From NCBI GenBank assembly GCA_977017575.1, contig CDRNVI010000242.1, positions 1 through 17,095 of the forward strand: a stretch of 17,095 nt of DNA. The letters are read 5' to 3'. The notes under the pieces are model-generated. The model did not search any database and was not told where the DNA came from. It saw only the letters and a program-made list of their open reading frames with translations. Of the stretch, positions 6,895 through 14,343 are shown in pieces; the stretch's first letter is position 1, and the number at the start of each line of letters is the position of its first letter. This DNA comes from Paramoeba atlantica. Lineage: Eukaryota > Protista > Discosea. Both the position numbers and the translations under genes were made by a program.

Positions 6895-9754
6895 GATTCT
6901 CGTCACCTCTCTTGAAGGCAGGAAGGATTCAAAAGAAGCGTTTCCTGGGGGCATGGACGAGCATAACAAGAGACAAGTGGATACTGAAGACCATCCAGCA
7001 GGGGGTGAAAATCCAATTATATGCCCAGCCAACTATGCAGCCCGAGCCAAGAGAATGGGATTGGGCCGGTGCAGACGAAAAAGACTTCGAATGGTTAGAA
7101 ATGGCCATCTCATACGACGCTATAGAAAGAGTTCCGCTCGAAAAGCAAGGTCAGTCTGGCGAGGTCATCCACAACCTTGTTTGCGAAGTGAAAAAGGGCA
7201 GGATATGCTCAAATGTCAAGACTCTCAACCTGTTAGTCAAGAAGATGAATCTCAAAATGCCAAGCCTGAAGGATGTCCGAGCTCAGTTTCAGAAAAACGA
7301 TTGGATGATAAAACTGGATCTTTCCAAATTCTATTGGGCGACTTTGATCAAAAGCTCTCACAGGAAATTCTTCCGCTTTCGCATCGACGGGGTCCTCTGG
7401 CAATGGAGGGCTCTCCCATTCGGGTTCGTCAACTCAATGCAGATCATGGCAAGGATAATGGCTCCAGTTGTGAACAAACTAGCCTCCTTCGGTATTCGAG
7501 TTGTGAATTGGGTCGACGACTTTGTACTCCTATTGGGCCCCAACAAGGAGACTGCCTTCCAGCGGGCTCAAAAGGCGGTGGACCTTCTCGCTACACTTGG
7601 TTTTATTATAAACCAAGACAAGAGCAGTCATTCTCTCACAAAGTCAGTCCTGTTTCGAGGATTCATTTGGAACACAGTCACCATGAAAATCGATCTTCCT
7701 CTAGAGAAAAAGAAAGATTGGCAAACGGCCGCCAGGACGATCAACCTGAGTCAGACAAGGGCCAGCGATGTAGCGTCTCTGATCGGGAAAGTTCGATACT
7801 CAGCTCAGATATTCACCCACCTGGTAGCCTGGTTGGTGGAACTCCAAATTGCAAACAATCACGCAATAAATGCCAACGGCCGAGGTGCAGTTTATGTCCT
7901 TCCAGATGCAGCCAAAGAGGAAGTCCGACATTGGAGAAAAAGAGATCACGTCCTTTTAATGCCAATGAATTTCAATGGACCACTTGTAGAAACAATGGGA
8001 GACGCGGGTCCAATTGGCTACGGTTTCGAAGGGTTCGAGGCGATTGCGGGCTTATGGACAGTGGAAGAAGCCCAGAGAAGTCCAAATTGGAGGGAAATCC
8101 GCACATGGTCGCTACAGATTTACCAATACCATCTCCATCTTGCAAAGAAAGTATCAGTCTACTCAACCGATTCGGTAGTTGCGGCTTGTTACATCAGAAA
8201 GGTTTATGCAAAGACTCCAGAACTCTCTCGATCAGCAGCAGAAACAGTCAAATTCATGGAAATCCACGAGATCATCCAGATCCCAAGGATTGTGTCCCAG
8301 GAGGAGATCAAATCAAGCAACATTCTTTCCAGACTCAAGGAGAAGGACGAATTGACCCTATCCAAGGAGTTTCTCGATCAATGGCTGGCTCGGCGTCAGA
8401 TTCACCCATCGATAGATCTATTTGCATCCCGATTTTCAGCAAAGACGATGAGGTTCTACACCAAGATCCCAGACAATCAGTCCCTAGGGACCAATGCCCT
8501 TCTTCATTCTTGGAACAACGAGATCCCATACATGTTTCCACCACCAATTCTCCTTTTCCGGACAATCTCAAAATTTCTGGACGAATGCAAACTTGCAGTC
8601 ATAGTGTACCCCAGAGACCAATCCAGAAGATGGCACCAGTGGATACCAGAATTAGCTTCCGACACATCAACAATCCCCCAGGGAGCAATCACAGACTCTC
8701 AAAACGCTCCTATCGACTCTTCAATCTGGAGGATATCAGTGATCCAAAACTCTTGAAGATTGAAGAGGGTTGGTCTGAGGAGGCCATCGCCATGATCTTT
8801 GGTTCAGTTAAGCTCACCACGTGGAAGGATAGATCCAAAGTTTGTTCCCAATTCAAGGATTATCTGCATCACCTTCACAAATCCTCCTTTTCGGAAGTGG
8901 ACATTGGCAATTTTTTGGCACGAAAATTTACCAGATCGGGTGATCAATTTCGCTCTGCTCGAACTGCCCTATCTACTACTATCTACCTCAACACTGGTTT
9001 TGACTTATCGAAAGAAATCCACTTTTCAAGACAATCGAAAGGGGCCTCTGTATTGAAGCCTAAATCCCCCAAATTCGATGATATGTGGGACCTCTCAATT
9101 CTTATGAAACACATGAACGGTGTTTTCTGGTCTGACAAACCCAATATATCTGCTCGCACCAAGGCAAATGTTCTGCTGCGGATTTCTATAGCTGGACGAA
9201 ATTCGGATGTGGCTCATATTTTCCGGGATTCCATTGTATGGACTGAAGACACGGTATCATTTCGTTTCTACGAATGGAAAACTAAACATGTAGAAAAAGT
9301 CAAGCTCTCACGCCCATTGATTGTCAAGAAACTTCCCAACGAGTTTGCAAACATTTGTCCCTTCCGAGCTCTGAGGGTTTACGTGAATCTGCATTATAAT
9401 GACTACCAAAGAATGAATTCCAAGGGTATTTGGTTGGATTATAATGGAACGAAAGAGGTCAAACCTAGCACGCTAGCGAAATGTACCCGCGACTTGATGA
9501 GAGATGCTGGAATCGATCGAATCTTCGGCTCAGCAACCATTAGACATGCCACCATCACCTTTTGGCAGAATCTAGGCATCCCAATTGGCACGGTCATCGA
9601 GAGGACTGGACACAAATCAATACCTCTTATCAACAAATACTACAACAAGTCGTCCATACAACAGGATATTTTTGCCGACGTCTTCGAGAGGATATGCAAT
9701 GATGAGAGTTCAGACGAAGAGTCAGAGGATGTTCGCGAATCGGAACAGTCTTAA
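6707..9754 (+). CDS. DIRS tyrosine recombinase ORF, fully overlapping the RT ORF in another frame; YR domains in the last ~320 aa
   Basis: Frame is open 6665-9754 and the first ATG is at 6707. From ~8792 there is a core-binding-like region, then AGRNSD (R at 9197), CPFRAL, SATIRHA (R at 9542), TGHKS (H at 9611) and NKYY (9638-9643). Confidence 0.93.
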   Translation: MAETGSLMADKDTTPTKLAIPRVPLFSRRLLSITTRVGGGSPAEANGGGAEARGVPGCSPATKILVTSLEGRKDSKEAFPGGMDEHNKRQVDTEDHPAGGENPIICPANYAARAKRMGLGRCRRKRLRMVRNGHLIRRYRKSSARKARSVWRGHPQPCLRSEKGQDMLKCQDSQPVSQEDESQNAKPEGCPSSVSEKRLDDKTGSFQILLGDFDQKLSQEILPLSHRRGPLAMEGSPIRVRQLNADHGKDNGSSCEQTSLLRYSSCELGRRLCTPIGPQQGDCLPAGSKGGGPSRYTWFYYKPRQEQSFSHKVSPVSRIHLEHSHHENRSSSREKERLANGRQDDQPESDKGQRCSVSDRESSILSSDIHPPGSLVGGTPNCKQSRNKCQRPRCSLCPSRCSQRGSPTLEKKRSRPFNANEFQWTTCRNNGRRGSNWLRFRRVRGDCGLMDSGRSPEKSKLEGNPHMVATDLPIPSPSCKESISLLNRFGSCGLLHQKGLCKDSRTLSISSRNSQIHGNPRDHPDPKDCVPGGDQIKQHSFQTQGEGRIDPIQGVSRSMAGSASDSPIDRSICIPIFSKDDEVLHQDPRQSVPRDQCPSSFLEQRDPIHVSTTNSPFPDNLKISGRMQTCSHSVPQRPIQKMAPVDTRISFRHINNPPGSNHRLSKRSYRLFNLEDISDPKLLKIEEGWSEEAIAMIFGSVKLTTWKDRSKVCSQFKDYLHHLHKSSFSEVDIGNFLARKFTRSGDQFRSARTALSTTIYLNTGFDLSKEIHFSRQSKGASVLKPKSPKFDDMWDLSILMKHMNGVFWSDKPNISARTKANVLLRISIAGRNSDVAHIFRDSIVWTEDTVSFRFYEWKTKHVEKVKLSRPLIVKKLPNEFANICPFRALRVYVNLHYNDYQRMNSKGIWLDYNGTKEVKPSTLAKCTRDLMRDAGIDRIFGSATIRHATITFWQNLGIPIGTVIERTGHKSIPLINKYYNKSSIQQDIFADVFERICNDESSDEESEDVRESEQS
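6912..8756 (+). CDS. DIRS reverse transcriptase / RNase H / Dam-like methyltransferase domain polyprotein; true start uncertain (frame open from 6657, first ATG at 7035)
   Basis: RT motifs: GRIQ...WTSITRDKWILKTIQQG, KLDLSKFYW (D at 7317), LPFG (7413), WVDD (7509-7520). RNase H: GDAG.IGYG (D at 8001), NWREI, STDS. MT-like: IDLFAS (8412) and YMFPP (8529). Confidence 0.95.
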   Translation: MKAGRIQKKRFLGAWTSITRDKWILKTIQQGVKIQLYAQPTMQPEPREWDWAGADEKDFEWLEMAISYDAIERVPLEKQGQSGEVIHNLVCEVKKGRICSNVKTLNLLVKKMNLKMPSLKDVRAQFQKNDWMIKLDLSKFYWATLIKSSHRKFFRFRIDGVLWQWRALPFGFVNSMQIMARIMAPVVNKLASFGIRVVNWVDDFVLLLGPNKETAFQRAQKAVDLLATLGFIINQDKSSHSLTKSVLFRGFIWNTVTMKIDLPLEKKKDWQTAARTINLSQTRASDVASLIGKVRYSAQIFTHLVAWLVELQIANNHAINANGRGAVYVLPDAAKEEVRHWRKRDHVLLMPMNFNGPLVETMGDAGPIGYGFEGFEAIAGLWTVEEAQRSPNWREIRTWSLQIYQYHLHLAKKVSVYSTDSVVAACYIRKVYAKTPELSRSAAETVKFMEIHEIIQIPRIVSQEEIKSSNILSRLKEKDELTLSKEFLDQWLARRQIHPSIDLFASRFSAKTMRFYTKIPDNQSLGTNALLHSWNNEIPYMFPPPILLFRTISKFLDECKLAVIVYPRDQSRRWHQWIPELASDTSTIPQGAITDSQNAPIDSSIWRISVIQNS

Positions 9755-9826
9755 TATGGCAATTCTTGTTCTTTTATGTGTTGGTCATGTTCAATGACCC
9801 AAACATGAGAACAAGAATTACATATT
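9744..9826. other. DIRS internal complementary region (ICR)
   Basis: 9744-9775 is the reverse complement of the left end (5688-5719). 9776-9826 is the reverse complement of the right end (10003-10053). The two halves join through TTTT (9772-9775). Confidence 0.97.
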
Positions 9827-9876
9827 CTCACCCACCCACCTCTCCACTAACGACTTCAAAATTTCAGAAACACACG

Positions 9877-10021
9877 AGAAAAAGATACTGAATGGTTTCA
9901 CGCTGTTTTATTTGGAGATTTTATGAACTTGATTCAGTGCCAATATTTATACTTAAATCCATCAATGTCACACTGAAGGTATCTTCCAAATAAAACAGTC
10001 TTAATATGTAATTCTTGTTCT
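9877..10021 (-). repeat. DIRS right inverted terminal repeat
   Basis: Reverse complement of 5691-5836. Contains AATAAA on the plus strand at 9989-9994, a possible polyadenylation signal. Confidence 0.97.
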
Positions 10022-10053
10022 CATGTTTGGGTCATTGAACATGACCAACACAT
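10022..10053 (+). other. DIRS right extension (rE), 32 bp
   Basis: Absent from the left ITR but perfectly complementary to the ICR (9776-9807). Followed by A7. Confidence 0.93.
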
Positions 10054-10351
10054 AAAAAAAGCATTGAGCCGCTGATTTAGATCCCTTAATTTTTCGGGAA
10101 AGAGAAAGGGCGAAAAGATGCTCTTTGTTGGCTTGATAATTGGTTGTTTTTTTTTTTTGTTTTTTCTTCCTCTTCTTCTCTCCTCTTCACCCTCCTCAGT
10201 TTTCTTCTTCCGACCTCTTCAGCTCCTCCTCCCTCTCTTTTTTCCTTTCTTTCATTCCCTTTTCCACTCAATGTGACCTCAGTTGAGGGAGCTTCCAAAC
10301 TGACTTGAACAACTGCCTTTTTCTGTTCACACATTGGTGGGGTGTGGTGAT

Positions 10352-10431
10352 GGGGGGAGAGGGGGTAAAAGGGGGGAATGCAAAGGGAGAGGGGGGAGGG
10401 AGGGGGGAGGGAGGGGGGAGGGTTAAAAGGG
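10352..10431 (+). repeat. G-run cluster including (GGGGGGAGGGA)x3, with G-quadruplex potential
   Basis: At least ten runs of 3-6 G, read directly; the tandem 11-mer is at 10391-10422. Confidence 0.85.
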
Positions 10432-11394
10432 ATGGTGGTAGCGTTCTGGCTGATCAAGAAGAGAGGTTTTTTCCTCCTTCTCCTTTTCTTTTCCTTTGCC
10501 TCCTTTTTTTGTTTTTTGTTTTTTTGAGTTTTCCTTATTGTTTTTTGTTTTTGAGTTTTCCTTTTTTTTTCTTTCTTTTCTTGGGTTTCCTTTTTCTCCT
10601 TTTTTCTTTTCTTTCTTTTGTCTTTCCCTTTTTTTTTTCTTGTTTTTTTTTTCTTTTTTTCTCACTGCTGTTTTCCCCCTTTGTCTTTTCTCTCTTGAGG
10701 GTAATTCTTTTTTTGGTTCCTCTCTTTTCTTTCCTTTTTGTTCATGAGATCGGAAGATTTCATCTGGGAGGACAATATTTTTCTATTTTTTTCATTTATA
10801 TTTTTCATACTCTCTGGATGTGAATCTGAAAATTTGAACCCAGAGAGTATGAAACAAAATTACAAATACCCACAATCACAATGGAAAACAAAAAATGGAA
10901 GAGCAAGAGGGGGGGGTTCTTGGGGGGGGGGAGAGAGAATGGGAGAGGAGGGTGAGCAACACACAACCTCTGTTTTTTTGCTTCTCTTCTTCTTCTTCTC
11001 TCTCTTTCTCCTTCTCTCCTTCTCTCCTCTTCTCTTTCTCTTTTTCTTCTGCTTTTTCTTTCTCTCTCTCTTCTCTCTTCTCTCTTTCTCTTCTCTCTTC
11101 TCTCTTTCTCTTCTCTCTTTCTATTATTTGTTAAAAAAGGCTTTTGGCAAACAACTATTTCCTTTCTTCTCTTGTTTTATTTGTTTCTTTTTCTTTTTTT
11201 TTTTTTCTTTTTTCTTTTTCTTTTTCTTTTTTTTCTTTTCTTTTTCTTTTAACTTTTTCATTCTTCTCTCTCTTTCTCTCTCCCCTTTTCTCTCCCTCTC
11301 TCTTCTCTCTCTTCTCTTTCTAGTGATCTTTCTGACAATACTTTGAGAGGGCTGTTCCATTAGAAATTGAAAATCTTCATGTCCAAATTATGTT

Positions 11395-11463
11395 TTTTTT
11401 TTTATTTTTTATTTTTTATTTTGTTTTATTTTTATTTTTATTTTATTTTTATTTTTATTTTCA

Positions 11464-11494
<31 letters not shown>

Positions 11495-11720
11495 TTATTA
11501 TTTTATTATTTTATTATTTTTTTTTTTTCTTTCTTTTATTATTCTTTTAATAATTTTATCATATTTAATTCTTCTCTCTCTTTCTCCTTCTCTCCTTCTC
11601 TCCTTCTCTCCTTCTCTCCTTCTCTCCTTCTCTCCTTCTCTCCTCTCTCTCTCTTCTCCTCTTCTCTTTCTCTTTCTCTTCCACTTTTTCTTTCTCTCTC
11701 TCTTCTCTCTTCTCTCTTCT
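11395..11720. repeat. (TTTTTA)n-like tract followed by (CCTTCTCT)~7 and CT-rich sequence, probably intronic
   Basis: Read directly: TA-periodic tract at ~11395-11520 and 8-mer tandem at ~11586-11643. It lies between the LRR-like exons ending 11391 and starting 11742. Confidence 0.85.
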
Positions 11721-14343
11721 CTCTATTATTTGTTAAAAAAGGCTTTTGGCGGACAACTATCTCAGTGGGCAATGCCTGTTGAATTAATTTTGCATGACCC
11801 TCTGATCTTCTTCAAATGTTTTTCTTTTCTTTTTCTTTTCTTTTTTTTCTTTTTTTTCTTCTGATTATTTTTTGGATAAATTATACTGTTCTGATGATTA
11901 TTTTTCTTTTCTTTCTTTCTCTCTCTCTTTTCTCTCTCACTTTTCTCTCTCTTTCTCTTTTTCTTCTCTCCCTCTCCTCTCCTCTCTCTCTCTCTCTCTC
12001 TTCTCTCTCCCTTTCATAATATTTTTTTTTTTTTATTTCTTTTCTTTCCCTCTTCTTTCTTTTTTTCTTTCTTTCCCTCTTCTTTCTTTCTTTTTTCTTT
12101 CTTTCTTCTTTCTTTCTTTTCTCTTTGTAGGTATTTCAGTAAGAATTCATTCACATGACCACTCAACTCACGAATCTTGTTCAAATGTATTTTTTTCTTT
12201 TTTTCTTTTTCTTTTTCTTTCTTTTTTCGTTCTCTTTTTCTTAAGATCAAAAACCTTTATTTTGTTGGGTGTTTTGTGATGTGTTTTTTTTCTTTTCTTT
12301 GTTTTTCTTTGTTTTTTTTTAATTGGAAAACTAATTTTTCTTTCTTTTCTTTTTTCTTTTTCTGTTAGATGACAATATAACCAAAAAACAAGAAAGACAG
12401 AACAATTGAAGGGATTTTGTGGTGATGTTTTGGAGTTTTATGAACAAATTAAAAAGTCCTTTTGATTTGTTCAAACAACTCTTTTTTCTTCTTTGACATT
12501 TTTCAGCGATTTGGGACCCTCAAAGAATTGGAATGTCCCAGAAGATGATTCAATTCTTGGTAAGAGAGAGAAAGAGAGAGAGAGAGAGGAGCTGAGGAGT
12601 TAGGGAGTCAGGGAGACTTGAGATCCCACCAAATGAGGTTCTTTTTTTTCTTTTTTTTTCTTTTTTTTTCTTGTTTTTTTTCTTTCTTTTTTTTCTTCTC
12701 TTTTTTCTTTGTTTTTTCTCTTTTTTTTTTCTTTCTTTTTTTTTCTTCCTTCCTTTTCTTTTGTTTAATCTTTTATTTTAGAACAGAGACAAAAGTGTTC
12801 CACATTTTCCATTCTTATCAGAAAAGAGTGGAATTACATTGAAAAGGGTTCTTTTCTTTGATTGATCTGCTTTCAATCAGAGGTTTTTTCTTCTTTTCTT
12901 CCTGTTTCTTTCTTATCTTTCCCCTTTTTCTCCCTTTCTTATCTCTTTTGTTTTTCCCCCTCTTTTCCTTCTTTTTCTTTTTTTCCCTTTCCTCCTTCCC
13001 CTTTCCTTTTGTTTTTTATTTTGAATTTTTTGATTGACTTTCCTTTTGAATGAAGGGAGTGGAAGTGGGTGGTTTTTAACACAAACAATAATGGAGAATT
13101 CATGATGGGGTAGAAAAAATACACTTGGCACCTTTCTGATTTTCCACCTTCTCACCAAAAGCACTTTCTGCTGTGCAAGTTGTTGTCACCACTATTGTTT
13201 TCTCCTCATTATCACACCAGGTTTTCCCCTCTTCTTTATTTTGTGTTTTGTTGTTCCTGGAGTATTGTGCCTTGTTTGTGGGGGGATTGTTGTTTTATTG
13301 TTTTGTTGTTTGTTATTTGTTGGTGGTTTTTAGAGGTGGTTGTTTCTTGGTTGGATATTTGGGTTATGGGTTATTTGGTTTTGTTGAATACCTGTTGAGG
13401 GAGTGTCTTGTTGTGATGATAATGTCTCCACTTTGTGCTTGTGATTAACACCCAAGATTGAGAAAGGCAAAACAAATTGAATGGATTGTAAGGAGTTTTA
13501 TATGAACAAGTTAAATAGTTCTTTTGATATTGTTCAAACAACACTATTATTTCTTTGATGTTATTTAAGAGGATTAGACCTGGTGGATCCTTGAGAATAT
13601 CAATTATTTCTTTAATTATTTTATGACTCACCCCAGTTCAATGTTGGGACCTTTCTTTGATTTGGCATTCCCTTTGTCTTTTGAGAAACAAGAACTTTGA
13701 GAGAAATGGGAATCATTTTACCTTGAGGGGACACTGGATCAGGGAGACCATCTATTAAGCTGTGAGAGGTAAGGACACAAGGTTCTTTTTTCTTTCTTTT
13801 TCTTACTAGTTTTTATCTTCTTTATCTTTTCTTTTCACCTCCTTTTTCACATTTTTTTTTTGAACAGAGAACTCATTTCTTTTGATCTTTTTTGAAGAAG
13901 TGACTATTTTGGTTCTTTCCTTGTTCAGTGGCAATACAAGCAAAACTCAAATGACCTCAAGCAAGAAGACTTATACTCTCTCTGGGTACAAATTTTCAAA
14001 TTAGCATCCAGAGAGTATGAAAATTCTGGGGGTTCATTGTTCTTTTGAAGAAAGTTATTTTTCAAATAATGTCTTCTATTTTTGTTTCAAAGGAGGGGGA
14101 TTGAAAAACTTCTTTTTCAAACCTCAGGAGAATAAGGAGAAGGGCAAGAACCATCTATTCATCTAACAGGTTCAATTCTCACATAGTGAATTTTTTCATT
14201 TTTTTTTATCTCTTCTTCAATCTTTTCTTTCCTTCTCTTAGATTAGAAGTGAGAATGAGAACAAATATATATATATTTCCTCATTTATTACATCAAGATA
14301 TTGCACAATTTGATCAGGTTTATTTTGGTTAACAATATTATAT

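Larger units (their letters stand above)
5688..10057 (+). mobile_element. Full-length DIRS1-type tyrosine-recombinase retrotransposon, apparently intact
   Basis: Inverted terminal repeats, right extension, internal complementary region, and Gag, RT/RH/MT and YR ORFs without visible stops or frameshifts. No classical TSD; both ends sit in A-runs. Confidence 0.97.

Noticed and set aside
6010-8692. Minus-strand ORFs antisense to gag and pol
   Set aside because: No recognisable motifs. Such shadow ORFs are expected in stop-depleted, overlapping-frame DNA.
12380-12500. RasGEF N-terminal (REM)-like reading DFVVMFWSFMNKLKSPFDLFKQL
   Set aside because: Weak resemblance only. Other frames of the same island and its neighbours fit LRR motifs better.
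10086-13164. Many F/L/S-rich plus-strand and K/R/E-rich minus-strand ORFs that look like membrane or basic proteins
   Set aside because: They are artefacts of stop-free CT/T tracts. The real coding signal is in short LRR-like islands between them.
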